Virus record (IMG/VR): IMGVR_UViG_3300024331_000007
Location: 96,001-160,000 of that record
Source of the DNA: a virus
Taxonomy: Duplodnaviria > Caudoviricetes
Strand: one strand, 5' to 3'
Length of the DNA: 64,000 nt
Positions 8,307-18,060 of the stretch are shown piece after piece; position 1 is the first letter of the stretch, and the number at the start of each line of letters is the position of its first letter. The position numbers and the translations under genes are program-made. The notes under the pieces are model-generated. The model saw only the letters and a program-made list of their open reading frames with translations. It made no database searches and had not been told where the DNA came from.

Positions 8307-10875
8307 AATCTATTCCGCTTGCGTCATTTGGCATAGCAATTGAACGAACACCGCGAGGTTGAAGTTTTGGTACTTCCTTACCTGCATCATCAACATCTCT
8401 TTCTGGTGTACTCAGCAACGAAAAGGGACTCAATTTGCCAGTTGTATTTTCGTGCTTTTCAATTTCTGCTGGCTTACGAAACTTTGTACCAAGATGCACA
8501 TTTGTCCAAGTTAAAGGACCTGACCATCCAGTTGAAGATGGTACATCAGCTTCTAATAGTCCAGATTCCTGTAATAGGTCATCAATAATACCCTTGCTTT
8601 CTGGAAGTTCTTTTTCATTGTTCTTAGCTGAAATTCGTCTGAGTTCTTCACGAAATTCTGGATTACCCATGAAGAACGCTTCAAAGAACGAACGAGAACC
8701 AAATCCCTTATCTTTGAACTGACCATTTCGAGTAATTATCCAGCCGAGTTTCTTGTTTTCGGCAGGCCCAAAGATAACTGAGAAGTACGACTTTTTCCAA
8801 ATCTGATTGTCTGGATTGTTGACAATTCTCTCAAAGTCTAAATCTTTCAACAACTTTTCCATAATCAACTTGTCTTGATTTGCTTTGGCTTCCTTGCCTT
8901 TAAAACCAAACAGTTCAGTTAATTGGCTTTCTTTTACGGGACGATTTTTCATAAAATTAGTGTGAGCTTTAGATAGTTTTCCGTCGGTATCAAACATTGG
9001 CTCCCATTGATACTCGTCTGTGGTATCCTGTTCTTCATTATCTTCAAAATCATCCATATCTTGAAAATCTTCATTTAGTGATTCGCCTAAATATGCTTTC
9101 GCCATCAAATGACCCTTATAGAAATCATCCGTGGCAAGCGTTTTAACGTAGTCTTCAAAGCTGCCATTTCCAAATTCCGATGTGTCGTAGCCTTTTGAAT
9201 CTGGTTCAACAACATACTTCTGCCAAAGATCAGTGAGATATTGTTTCAATTCTTCGGGCGACTTTCCTTCTGGTTTGTCGTATCCTCTGGCAGCAAAGTC
9301 TTTTGCCTTGGCGTCCCGTTCATATTTTGCCAGATACTTCTGAAATTCTGGATCGTTGTCCAATTCATTGTTTTCAACGATCTTCTTGAGTCTGCTCATT
9401 TCAGATTCAAGATTCATCTGTCCTGTGCCTCTAATTTCATCAGAGGTAGGAATGGAGCCGTTCATACCTCCATACTCAAAAGGGCGGTAATCCTCAGCAT
9501 CTTCCTTGGCTTGGTGAATTAATGTTAAGTCTTCCTCACCAGCAATCTTTCCAGCGTCTTCTTGTTCTCGACGTGCGCTATTTCCGCTGTATCCGCATAT
9601 GTCACAGCCTTCTCCGCCACAAGAAATACATTGCTCGCCTGTGAATTTTTCAGGTGTGTCTTCAATATCTTCATTTACTTCGCCAGTTACTGCATTTCTA
9701 TCTGAATCTTCAGCACGTTTCCAATTATAATCTTCCTGTCCCAATTCTATAGCTTTTTGTTCTTCTGGTGTCAATTCTTCTTCATTATCAACGCCGCCGT
9801 CCATAATAACATCTTGGCCTTCGCCTTGACCATTGGCAGCATTAACCCACTTTTCAAATTCGTCCTGTTCTTTTACCTTGCCATGTGAACGATAGGCTCT
9901 CATAACATGTGGAAGCGCAAGCTGGCTCTCTTCATCCAGAGATTCACCATCAAACGCATCTTCGAACACTTCATCATCAGCTTCTAATTCTCCAGCGGTT
10001 CCAGTCAAAGCTGGGCTGTTCTTGGCATATCCACCCTTTGAAGAAAGGCTTGCCAAAGTCTTCTTGATTTCGAGGTAACGCTCTCTTGTAGCAGCGAGGA
10101 TCGAAGAAACGTAAGGCTTCGAAGCAGATTCAGACTTCTTCTGCTTATGATAAAACTTGTTCAGGGAAACCATTTCTTCGACAAGCTGGCAAATGTCACG
10201 GCCAACATTATCGTATGGAGTTCCGCCATTTTCAATGTGACGAGCCATAGCACGAGCCGCTACAAGGTTCTTGAATGGCAATAGGAAACGTTCATTCTTG
10301 GCATTGACCAAATAAATTCTGGCAATGCGGCGGCTTCGGCTGCCGCGAACTTCGGGATCAACTTTTGTGGTGTGCTTAATGACGATCTTGATTGGCTCGC
10401 CGTCCAGTTTTTGGTGGCTTGTCTTAGCTGTGCCGTCAATAGGCAAAAACGTGCCTTCAAACATAGGCAAAATGTCTTCAGTGACAAGTTTCAAATCTTT
10501 TTCGACATCGCGACGATTAATCTGACTCTTGTTAATGTTTCGAACATCAAAACCGAGTAAATGCATTTTAGCGAACTGGCGAATATCTTGTAGGAAGGCA
10601 TACCATTCTGTGCGAGTCTCTGTATCGGAGTCGCCCAAGTCCTGACCAAAATAGATTTTAAGGGAGTTTGCGCTCTCGCTGTCGTCCAACAATGAGACAA
10701 CCACAGTGCCTTTATTTTCCCCTTTTTTATTAACGAAGTTGAACGAAAAGACCTTTATTTCACCGGGATCGTCGGTGAAATGACCAGCTTCATCAACCGA
10801 ATCGGCTATGTCAAAGCGATCTTTTAGAAGGTTAATCAAGTCTGAGCTACAATTCTCGACGGGAAGTGGGCACAT
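8290..10875 (-). CDS. large acidic, probably virion/head-associated protein
   Basis: 861 aa; co-transcribed from late box at 11623; acidic low-complexity centre with many (L/I)xE sites; similarity to jumbo myophage proteins is from recall. Confidence 0.6.
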   Translation of the reverse strand: MCPLPVENCSSDLINLLKDRFDIADSVDEAGHFTDDPGEIKVFSFNFVNKKGENKGTVVVSLLDDSESANSLKIYFGQDLGDSDTETRTEWYAFLQDIRQFAKMHLLGFDVRNINKSQINRRDVEKDLKLVTEDILPMFEGTFLPIDGTAKTSHQKLDGEPIKIVIKHTTKVDPEVRGSRSRRIARIYLVNAKNERFLLPFKNLVAARAMARHIENGGTPYDNVGRDICQLVEEMVSLNKFYHKQKKSESASKPYVSSILAATRERYLEIKKTLASLSSKGGYAKNSPALTGTAGELEADDEVFEDAFDGESLDEESQLALPHVMRAYRSHGKVKEQDEFEKWVNAANGQGEGQDVIMDGGVDNEEELTPEEQKAIELGQEDYNWKRAEDSDRNAVTGEVNEDIEDTPEKFTGEQCISCGGEGCDICGYSGNSARREQEDAGKIAGEEDLTLIHQAKEDAEDYRPFEYGGMNGSIPTSDEIRGTGQMNLESEMSRLKKIVENNELDNDPEFQKYLAKYERDAKAKDFAARGYDKPEGKSPEELKQYLTDLWQKYVVEPDSKGYDTSEFGNGSFEDYVKTLATDDFYKGHLMAKAYLGESLNEDFQDMDDFEDNEEQDTTDEYQWEPMFDTDGKLSKAHTNFMKNRPVKESQLTELFGFKGKEAKANQDKLIMEKLLKDLDFERIVNNPDNQIWKKSYFSVIFGPAENKKLGWIITRNGQFKDKGFGSRSFFEAFFMGNPEFREELRRISAKNNEKELPESKGIIDDLLQESGLLEADVPSSTGWSGPLTWTNVHLGTKFRKPAEIEKHENTTGKLSPFSLLSTPERDVDDAGKEVPKLQPRGVRSIAMPNDASGIDSMSQW

Positions 10876-10876
10876 T

Positions 10877-11617
10877 TTAGTTTTTCTCCAGTTTTTTAGA
10901 CTCGTAGAATTTCTTACGCGAATCCAATATTTTCTTTCTAACTTCGGCAGTCCATTTTTTCCCTATATGCGCCACAGCAATTTTGTTGCGTGCTTCTAAT
11001 GAATGTGTTTTACCATACATAGAATTTTTGGAACCAGTGGTGGCATTACTAATTTTTATTTTAAATTCTTCAGTTCGTGTTTTTCCAATTTGGGACTTTG
11101 ACATTTTGGCTTTAGATTCATCTGAAAAGATTCTACCTGTCATTAATTTTCGCATCTTATTTTTATGCTCAGTAGTATGTTTCTTTCCAGCATGACCGAA
11201 TGTTCCTTTTTGACCCATTCGTGACTCGGACATTCTTTTTCTGCTTTCTTTACTAAAAACCTGCTTGGTTCTTGCTTTTCGTATTTTTTCTTTAGTTTCT
11301 TCCGATAATTTGCCTTTTCCTTGCGCCTTAGATGATATGTTATAACCAAACGTTTTATTTGTTGTGTCAAACTTCGTGATATACAGTTCTTCAATCTCAT
11401 TCAATTTATCTGACGATTCAATATTAGTTTCAATTACTTCAAATACGAAAGCATTTACACCATGTTTGCGTATGGAATTATAAAGTGGAAAAGCCGATCC
11501 ATTACGAGCAAAATAGCAGTGTTTATTCCATCGTCTACTAGCGGGTTCTTGGATAGTTTGACCGATGTACTTCTTTCCATTGGTCAAATTCGTTATCTGG
11601 TAGATTGAGCCATTCAT
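10877..11617 (-). CDS. GIY-YIG homing endonuclease with NUMOD3 repeats
   Basis: SIYQITNLTNGKKYIGQT, GYN, repeats HTTEHKNKMR / NSMYGKTHS; CTAAATA just upstream. Confidence 0.9.
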   Translation of the reverse strand: MNGSIYQITNLTNGKKYIGQTIQEPASRRWNKHCYFARNGSAFPLYNSIRKHGVNAFVFEVIETNIESSDKLNEIEELYITKFDTTNKTFGYNISSKAQGKGKLSEETKEKIRKARTKQVFSKESRKRMSESRMGQKGTFGHAGKKHTTEHKNKMRKLMTGRIFSDESKAKMSKSQIGKTRTEEFKIKISNATTGSKNSMYGKTHSLEARNKIAVAHIGKKWTAEVRKKILDSRKKFYESKKLEKN

Positions 11618-11641
11618 AACAGTATTTAGTACAAAAAGACA

Positions 11642-11756
11642 ATGGACGGGTTTTTGGGCCAACCCGTCCATCTAAGACTATTTGATCTTACCAAGCTGTA
11701 TAATTCAGCGCCCTCATAAGATAATGGACGGAGTTTTAAACAATCTCTCCGTCCAT
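11642..11756. repeat. two related inverted repeats with ATGGACGG...CCGTCCAT arms
   Basis: ATGGACGGGTT/AACCCGTCCAT (11642-11671) and ATGGACGGAG/CTCCGTCCAT (11724-11756). Confidence 0.8.
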
Positions 11757-11822
11757 CCTGAAACAAATTGGTTTTGAAACCGAATAACATCTTCGGTAGT
11801 AAAGTACGCTTACTATTAAGTA

Positions 11823-12296
11823 TTATTTGTGTCCATTGTGACCGTCTTGATGACCACCACCGTGGAATCCGTTGTTTCCTCCGTGAAAACCTTCACCATG
11901 ACCCTGACTTCTGTGTTCGTCGCGGGGATGATTAAATCCTCGTGGTGCGGGAGCGTGATTCCAGATGTGAGAATGATCCCATCTGTCGCGATCACGCCAT
12001 CCATAATGTGAATGGCACCATCTATCATAACCGCGTCCGTGCCAGTGGTAACCATACCAAGGTCCAACTCCGATGAAAAATCCATCGATAAACCAGTCAG
12101 AACTATAGTATCCATATGGAACGCAGTCGTATGGATAATATGGATAATAACCCCATTGGCACACTGGCTCAACGTATACCGGTGTTTCAACAACTGGACC
12201 TACGCCTACCCCAACGCCAACGCTGACTTGTGCCTTGGCAACCGTTAGACCACCGAGCATAATCATCAACAATATTAGGTACTTTGCGTATTTCAT
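11823..12296 (-). CDS. secreted Tyr/Pro-rich, Gly/His-tailed protein
   Basis: signal peptide ending AKA-Q, VSVGVGVG, PVCQWGYYPYYPYDCVPYGYY, GH-rich tail. Confidence 0.75.
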   Translation of the reverse strand: MKYAKYLILLMIMLGGLTVAKAQVSVGVGVGVGPVVETPVYVEPVCQWGYYPYYPYDCVPYGYYSSDWFIDGFFIGVGPWYGYHWHGRGYDRWCHSHYGWRDRDRWDHSHIWNHAPAPRGFNHPRDEHRSQGHGEGFHGGNNGFHGGGHQDGHNGHK

Positions 12297-12308
12297 TATT
12301 TCCTCCGT

Positions 12309-12779
12309 TTATACAGCATGGCCTATAAGTGCTGGAGAAAGATGAACCATTTCTGGTGTAACCTTATAAACGAAATCTGGTTCAACATTCAGCAGGCTCA
12401 AACCACCTTTTAAGCAACATGCTGTTACAAATTCGCTGCAAATCCATTCATCACTATTATGCCATGATGTATGGGCGGCGATTCCCAAAATAGTCGAAAA
12501 ATCATATGATTTGCCAATTTGTGAGTGGGCAAATGTTAAAATTGCCTCTTCTGTGGCATCATCGACGGGGATAGCATATACCCTCTGTCTTTTAATCTTG
12601 CTTGGCTTAATGTAATCCACAGCACGTATTTTAATACCACCAACGGCGCGAGCACCCAAAAAAGTACCATCGGGAAGTACAAATTCAACATGTGACCAAA
12701 GACTTCCGCCTTGGAACCATGATACCGCACCTGAAATTACATCAGTTTCGGTTACAAATCTCAGTTTTATAACGCCCAT
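12309..12779 (-). CDS. permuted papain-like (NlpC/P60, YiiX-like) amidase
   Basis: His (WSHVEF) precedes YDF and Cys (WICSEFV), the permuted order. Confidence 0.75.
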   Translation of the reverse strand: MGVIKLRFVTETDVISGAVSWFQGGSLWSHVEFVLPDGTFLGARAVGGIKIRAVDYIKPSKIKRQRVYAIPVDDATEEAILTFAHSQIGKSYDFSTILGIAAHTSWHNSDEWICSEFVTACCLKGGLSLLNVEPDFVYKVTPEMVHLSPALIGHAV

Positions 12780-12829
12780 AACTCTCTCCTAGTATAGACA
12801 CCATTTCAGTTGAAAAGGTGCGCTAATAT

Positions 12830-13036
12830 TTAGGAGTCGAGTAGTCTTTCAGCTAGACTTTTGGCATAATCGGCAAGGAATTTGTTGGAATATATTGACT
12901 TTTCATCAGTAGCTTTGTGTTTTTCTAAGTCCTTCAGGATATGTTCGATAGTTCCGGGTGTAACTTCGTCACGTATTAGTGTATATAAAAACGGTATAAG
13001 ATAATTGTCGGGCATTTGGTTTCCTTTTACGTCCAT
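12830..13036 (-). CDS. hypothetical protein
   Basis: 68-aa operonic ORF. Confidence 0.55.
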   Translation of the reverse strand: MDVKGNQMPDNYLIPFLYTLIRDEVTPGTIEHILKDLEKHKATDEKSIYSNKFLADYAKSLAERLLDS

Positions 13037-13875
13037 AGTTTGTGACGAACTTTGATGAGGCGAATCATCATTGATTCTTCCTCTTTTTCGTACTGTTTTT
13101 CAAGTTTGCTGAGGAGTTTATGGGCTTTATCGCCTTGTTTTTTCAATTCTTCTGAATAATTATCCCCATCAAGTACTGCCCACATAATCGTATGTTTGTC
13201 ATTCGTCTTTTCAGATGCGATTCGACGCTTTTCTTCGCAGTAATCATGAAATCCAGACACCTTCATTGGATCAGGGCGATTTGGATAAATGTCCTTCCAC
13301 CAAATATAGAGGGCGAGAACTTCCTTAGCTTTAATTGCTTGATCGGTTGGTGTTCCATACTTCGGATCGTTCTTGTCATAGCAACCATAATCTTCGTTGT
13401 GGACCAGAGCCATTTGCCATTTGAGATTTTCGATTCCAGCTTCGCGACTTCTCCAGTGCATGAATGGAAGTTTGTAACGGAATGGAACTTTGTAGTTTTC
13501 ATTATGCCAGAAAATTTCAGCGGCAAGTTCAATTTCAACGAAATCTACAAGAGTATCAAACATGCAATATAGGAAGCGATTGTCAACGTCTCTCCATTGT
13601 CCTCGTTTCAAATGTTCTTTGTGCGCGACAAGAGCATGAGTTTGCGATACAAATCGATTATCAAGGTAGCATCTGGCATCATGAAATTTGGTTGGAATAT
13701 AGCTCACAACTGCTTGAATACTATTCAATGCAGAATCAGCCAGCCAAAACCTGAATGGATGCGCGGCTTTAGCCTCAATGCGCCAGTTGGCCCATTCCGC
13801 ACCAGTGCCGCTGGCTGGTTTGTTAACTCCGCGAATCCAATTTGCAAATTTACTACTTGACCAATATCTTCCCAT
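13027..13875 (-). CDS. conserved phage hypothetical protein
   Basis: Trp-rich ~280-aa ORF (YWSSSKFANWIRG...LIKVRHKLWT). Confidence 0.7.
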   Translation of the reverse strand: MGRYWSSSKFANWIRGVNKPASGTGAEWANWRIEAKAAHPFRFWLADSALNSIQAVVSYIPTKFHDARCYLDNRFVSQTHALVAHKEHLKRGQWRDVDNRFLYCMFDTLVDFVEIELAAEIFWHNENYKVPFRYKLPFMHWRSREAGIENLKWQMALVHNEDYGCYDKNDPKYGTPTDQAIKAKEVLALYIWWKDIYPNRPDPMKVSGFHDYCEEKRRIASEKTNDKHTIMWAVLDGDNYSEELKKQGDKAHKLLSKLEKQYEKEEESMMIRLIKVRHKLWT

Positions 13876-14011
13876 TTTCTTTCCTCTTGTCACGCCTATA
13901 ACAAATCAACATGATTTGAATAAAACAATACACTGCCCCGGCAATTATGAAGCCAGCAAAGCCAAAAGTCAGAGCCAGCAATATTGTTAAATCCCACAAG
14001 GTTGTGGTCAT
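13853..14011 (-). CDS. small membrane protein (52 aa, not in ORF track)
   Basis: ATGA-coupled to the RNA ligase stop; MTTTLWDLTILLALTFGFAGFIIAGAVYCF... Confidence 0.5.
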   Translation of the reverse strand: MTTTLWDLTILLALTFGFAGFIIAGAVYCFIQIMLICYRRDKRKENGKILVK

Positions 14012-15348
14012 AGTTGTTCAGCTTCTTGCGTTTCCATATCAAGAACCCCAGCATCGTTCTTTTTGGTTTCGTCTTCAAGGAATTTGAAATTCTTGAGTTT
14101 GAAGGAATCACATTCGTCCAGACGATCAATACGTACCACAACACCCTCCGCTGGAACTTCTTTGTTGTTGAACGGACACATCTGATCGTAGACGTAACGA
14201 GTCTCCAGTTTGTTCATAAACTCATCCCGCCATCTCGCAAGGCCATCTTCGCCCCATGACGATACATTTGGTGCCCAACCTAAAAATAGAGAAACGGGTC
14301 CATAGAACAATTCATGCATCATTTGAAGCCCGTATTTATTGCAAAATTCTCTCACTTGTGGAACAGAAAGTTCAAGTGTTTTTCCGTCCACATTTGTAGT
14401 CTTAACACGATAAACGATAAACTTGTGTTCGCCCTTGGCACAACCATAATGATATGGGCGTCCACCAGATGCAGCTTGAATCGCTCCCCCGTCTGGTTTG
14501 TAACCAACAATCTCTCCATAGACAGTGTAGCTTGCTGGAATCTTGTCTTCAATCTCCTTCGCAACAACACCCCAAACATCTTCGCCAAACTTTCCTCCCA
14601 CGCTTTTAACAACCTTGCGTGAACTATACGCGAACTTGTATGTTGCCTCTTCGAGATGCGCTCCGCATTTCTTCATCAACTTTGAAATCCAGCACAGGTT
14701 TCTGTTGACAAGTAGCTTTCCGTAAATGGCAGAAGTTCCATGCCACTTATCGCTGATGCTTACATAGTCAGTTGGTTGAATTTTATGGATATTCTTACGA
14801 AGATTGTCAGTATCAAAATGAAATTTGAATTGTCCATCTACGATACTGTTCTTCAAAGAAAGCGCCTTGGAATTAACATTGCCACTAGAAGAACCACTCT
14901 TCCCAACAATATACTTTTGACAAATATCATGTCCGTCTATCTTATCAAAGGCATCTCCTACCTTCAGTGGAATGCTTCGTCCGTCATTGTGACCAAATAC
15001 ATATTCCAAGCTGCTCAAAGGAATCCAGAACCCCTCGCTCTTAACCCTGAGAAACTTTGCACACTTTATTCTGCGATGCGTTTCTAAATATCCAGTTTTT
15101 GATGAATCTATGTTACCCATTTCGGCACGACGATATAGATTGTTTGCAGACACAAACTCATGACTGAGTTGGGTTTCAACTGGAAAGAAAAGGCCGAGTT
15201 CTCCAGATTGAGCATCTTTATGGACAATTACGTTATTGCCAAAAATGATAGCAGACTTGATACGATCTGCTTTCGGAATCTGGACAAATTCTTTAAGTGA
15301 CACAATTGTAGCACAGTAATTTTTGTTTTTTGGTTCTTCAAGATTCAT
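14008..15348 (-). CDS. RNA ligase, Rnl2/DRB0094-like with N-terminal OB-like domain
   Basis: IPKADRIK N-terminus, motif I SDKWHGTS, VYGEIVG, EGVVVR, FKLK. Confidence 0.8.
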   Translation of the reverse strand: MNLEEPKNKNYCATIVSLKEFVQIPKADRIKSAIIFGNNVIVHKDAQSGELGLFFPVETQLSHEFVSANNLYRRAEMGNIDSSKTGYLETHRRIKCAKFLRVKSEGFWIPLSSLEYVFGHNDGRSIPLKVGDAFDKIDGHDICQKYIVGKSGSSSGNVNSKALSLKNSIVDGQFKFHFDTDNLRKNIHKIQPTDYVSISDKWHGTSAIYGKLLVNRNLCWISKLMKKCGAHLEEATYKFAYSSRKVVKSVGGKFGEDVWGVVAKEIEDKIPASYTVYGEIVGYKPDGGAIQAASGGRPYHYGCAKGEHKFIVYRVKTTNVDGKTLELSVPQVREFCNKYGLQMMHELFYGPVSLFLGWAPNVSSWGEDGLARWRDEFMNKLETRYVYDQMCPFNNKEVPAEGVVVRIDRLDECDSFKLKNFKFLEDETKKNDAGVLDMETQEAEQL

Positions 15349-15403
15349 GCGACACCTTTTCTGTAATTGTAGCAAATTTCCGAATGATTTGCAATAGGTT
15401 TAG

Positions 15404-15479
15404 GATAAATACAAATGCGATTCGCGGTGCTGAAACACCCAATCGCTCTATCAAGGTCTTGGAGGACCGACAGCATATG
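15404..15479 (+). promoter_or_regulatory. late box plus conserved two-hairpin leader, copy 1
   Basis: GATAAATA; GCGATT-CGC-GGTG-6nt-CACC-C-AATCGC; GGTC-ttggag-GACC; CAGC-ATATG. Confidence 0.75.
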
Positions 15480-16085
15480 GCTATTTACCTAGAACAAGAT
15501 TCAGAATTTATTCCTACTTGGTTATATGTAAAGCAACATAATCAAACTGGATTAAAATATTTCGGTCAAACCAAATCAGACAACCCATATACTTACAAAG
15601 GTTCAGGAAAATATTGGCTACGGCATCTATCGGTGCATGGAAATGATATATCCACAATTTGGTGTTATCGTTTCACCAACAAACAAAATTTGGTTGATTT
15701 TGCCACTAGATTCTCAACACAAAATAATATTGAAAAGTCTAAAGAGTGGGCAAATCTAATGAACGAAAATGGTCTTGGTGGGTTTTCTAGTGCATCAAAA
15801 CAAAAGGCACTGTCACCAAAAAGTAGAGCAAAGGCTGTTAAAACTAGATTGACCAAATTGAAATGTGGGAAGATTTATCTCAACACCGCACAATACATTC
15901 TAATCGATCCTGTGGGTAATAAAACTGTTTTGGTTGGAAGATCAAACTTAAATAAATGGTGCAACGATAGGGGATTCACGAGAGGCGTTGTCGAATGGAT
16001 ACTTTTAACTCAGAAGCCAACATCTCGTGGTAAATTGAAAGGTTGGACAATTACCTGTCGCTCGGCCCGTTGTGACTGGATTTGA
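15477..16085 (+). CDS. GIY-YIG (Seg-like) endonuclease
   Basis: TWLYVKQHNQTGLKYFGQT, YKGSGKYW, WANL..ENG. Confidence 0.85.
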   Translation: MAIYLEQDSEFIPTWLYVKQHNQTGLKYFGQTKSDNPYTYKGSGKYWLRHLSVHGNDISTIWCYRFTNKQNLVDFATRFSTQNNIEKSKEWANLMNENGLGGFSSASKQKALSPKSRAKAVKTRLTKLKCGKIYLNTAQYILIDPVGNKTVLVGRSNLNKWCNDRGFTRGVVEWILLTQKPTSRGKLKGWTITCRSARCDWI

Positions 16086-16137
16086 GATACGGTAAAGTCG
16101 CTAAATACAACGTATCATCATTCTATATGGGTATGCA

Positions 16138-16596
16138 ATGAATATTAGAGAAATCAAAAATATAGCATCTCGATCAGCCATTGTAATCAAAGGTGATCCC
16201 GAAGATATTGAAGAAAATGATAATGCTGATGCGTTTTACAATGACATAAGAGATTTTTTGCAAGAACTCAATTTTTCAGTAAGTTTTGATGCTGGTTTGG
16301 AACACACATCACCAAAAACCGCCGATCTTTGGATCGGTCACAGTCGAGGAGCAGATCGTCTTAGATTTGCCTCTCCCGGTATTTGTTTGATTGGTCTAAA
16401 CACGCCCCAAGCCGCCGAAGGAGATGATTTTCCGATCATCAACAATGTTCGTGATCCTCTATCTCATATGAAATATGTAAATGGAAAGCTGGAAGATACG
16501 GAATCGGAGAAATTGAATGACCGATGGCACTATCTTTTTACAAATGTAATGAAAAAGAGATTAAAAGAAATTTTGATTCAACGAGAATTACTTTGA
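16138..16596 (+). CDS. late protein with GxSxG motif (minimal alpha/beta-hydrolase-like)
   Basis: DLWIGHSRGADRL; CTAAATA at 16101; starts MNIREI. Confidence 0.5.
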   Translation: MNIREIKNIASRSAIVIKGDPEDIEENDNADAFYNDIRDFLQELNFSVSFDAGLEHTSPKTADLWIGHSRGADRLRFASPGICLIGLNTPQAAEGDDFPIINNVRDPLSHMKYVNGKLEDTESEKLNDRWHYLFTNVMKKRLKEILIQRELL

Positions 16597-16851
16597 TTTG
16601 TATGCCTCTGAAAATCTTCGAAAGCAAAAACTCTGTTTCCCCCACCTTGTTTGAATACAAGGATTTCCTTTTATTTCTCCGCAAGTAGGACAATTTACCA
16701 GCAATGGATCAGCCTTAAATTCTTCATCTGTTGGAGTCCAGTTCATATGATGGTCTGGAAATGTATCAAAATGTCCTTGTTGTACTTCTGAAAAACAAGT
16801 CGGACACCACTCGCCGCTTTTTCTAAATTCTTCTTCGGAATTATATATCAT
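16588..16851 (-). CDS. Cys-motif hypothetical protein
   Basis: CPTC and CPTC...C motifs; ATG 16851. Confidence 0.55.
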   Translation of the reverse strand: MIYNSEEEFRKSGEWCPTCFSEVQQGHFDTFPDHHMNWTPTDEEFKADPLLVNCPTCGEIKGNPCIQTRWGKQSFCFRRFSEAYKSK

Positions 16852-16981
16852 GGTCAACTCTCTTCTGTTCACATAAACAACATTCTTTAGAACGATCATA
16901 GCACGAACAATGGTATCCCATATCACTCTTTGGGCATGTTTTGTGAACGCTGTATTCCGCCGATAGTTCTTCGTCGCCCAT
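16841..16981 (-). CDS. small Cys-rich protein (46 aa, not in ORF track)
   Basis: MGDEELSAEYSVHKTCPKSDMGYHCSCYDRSKECCLCEQK... Confidence 0.4.
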   Translation of the reverse strand: MGDEELSAEYSVHKTCPKSDMGYHCSCYDRSKECCLCEQKRVDHDI

Positions 16982-17013
16982 AAAATCAGCGAGTTGTGAT
17001 TCTTTCAGTGACA

Positions 17014-17889
17014 TTAGAAATTATCGCATTCTCCTCTCACTGGAATAACTTTGACTCCATTTTTTCTCCAACAATCACGGATGACAATTGGACGGTCATC
17101 AATAGCCAAAAAAATCTGTTCTTTTGGCATCTTAGCAAGTATATCAGATTTCACATTTACATCTGGACGGCTGTCGCTACCGCGTCTCATGAACAAATAA
17201 TCATATGGTATGGCATATTTATCCAGCCAAGAAATTGTCAAAGTTTGGTAAGTATCTGGACGACCGGAAACTATACATATAGTATAATCCTTTGCTAATT
17301 CCTTTACCCATTGTATCACAAAGTCGATTGGAGAATCGTCCCCCATTGCCAAAAAATATGCATACCAATTTTTCTTTTCGCTTTGTAAGAAATGTTCACG
17401 ATGAGTTCCATCGCAAAGAGTGCCATCCAAATCACAAATAACGATTGGCTTGTTTCCAAAATTTATCATGCCAGCATTCAAAGCCATTCCATGAATAACC
17501 GCCTTGCCGATTGGCTTTGGGCGCTTTGAGTCGCGATCAACACACGTTGCAAGATCAGTCTTCGTATCTTCAATTTCAAACTGAACACAACTATTGATAT
17601 TAATACCGACATTGTTTGAAAATTGTCTCCACATATCCTCGTGCTTTTGAGTCAGATTTGTGTCGTCAATGACCGGTGTTAGTTTGTTTCTGAGAAGAAC
17701 TTCTGCAATAGCTCTCTCGATTTGTACAATTATCTCTTCGCGCTTGCCTGACCAAACATTGTCAAACACCATCGCACGTAGATCGTCACGATTGATACGT
17801 CCAGCGTTTCCACTGTCCTTTACGAATTGCTTTGCGAAGGTGCTCTTTCCGCTTCCCGGCAAGCCCTTCATCATTTTTACTTTTGGCAT
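17014..17889 (-). CDS. pseT: polynucleotide 5'-kinase/3'-phosphatase
   Basis: GLPGSGKST, INRDDLR, DDTN kinase domain; DLDGT...SGR...RPD...DDR HAD domain. Confidence 0.92.
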   Translation of the reverse strand: MPKVKMMKGLPGSGKSTFAKQFVKDSGNAGRINRDDLRAMVFDNVWSGKREEIIVQIERAIAEVLLRNKLTPVIDDTNLTQKHEDMWRQFSNNVGININSCVQFEIEDTKTDLATCVDRDSKRPKPIGKAVIHGMALNAGMINFGNKPIVICDLDGTLCDGTHREHFLQSEKKNWYAYFLAMGDDSPIDFVIQWVKELAKDYTICIVSGRPDTYQTLTISWLDKYAIPYDYLFMRRGSDSRPDVNVKSDILAKMPKEQIFLAIDDRPIVIRDCWRKNGVKVIPVRGECDNF

Positions 17890-18060
17890 TTATTTTCCGT
17901 ACCTTTTTGCTGCTTTCCAAGCAGCCAGTTCTGTTTTTCCAGTTCCAATGTCCTGACCATCCCTACCCGGAAAATCACATATTCTAAATGTTCCGTCCAT
18001 CTCATAACAATACGAGCATGGAAGAATCTTTTTTACCTTTTGCTTATATGACAGTTTCAC
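17890..18060 (-). CDS. small hypothetical protein (56 aa, not in ORF track)
   Basis: GTGA-coupled start; stop abuts the pseT start. Confidence 0.4.
   Translation of the reverse strand: MKLSYKQKVKKILPCSYCYEMDGTFRICDFPGRDGQDIGTGKTELAAWKAAKRYGK

Noticed and set aside
15330-15476. N-terminal extension (INTNAIRGAETPNR), echoed by ORF 49408-49608 (INTNAIRGVEAPNR)
   Set aside because: The peptide similarity comes from translating the conserved non-coding leader. The third copy does not keep it.
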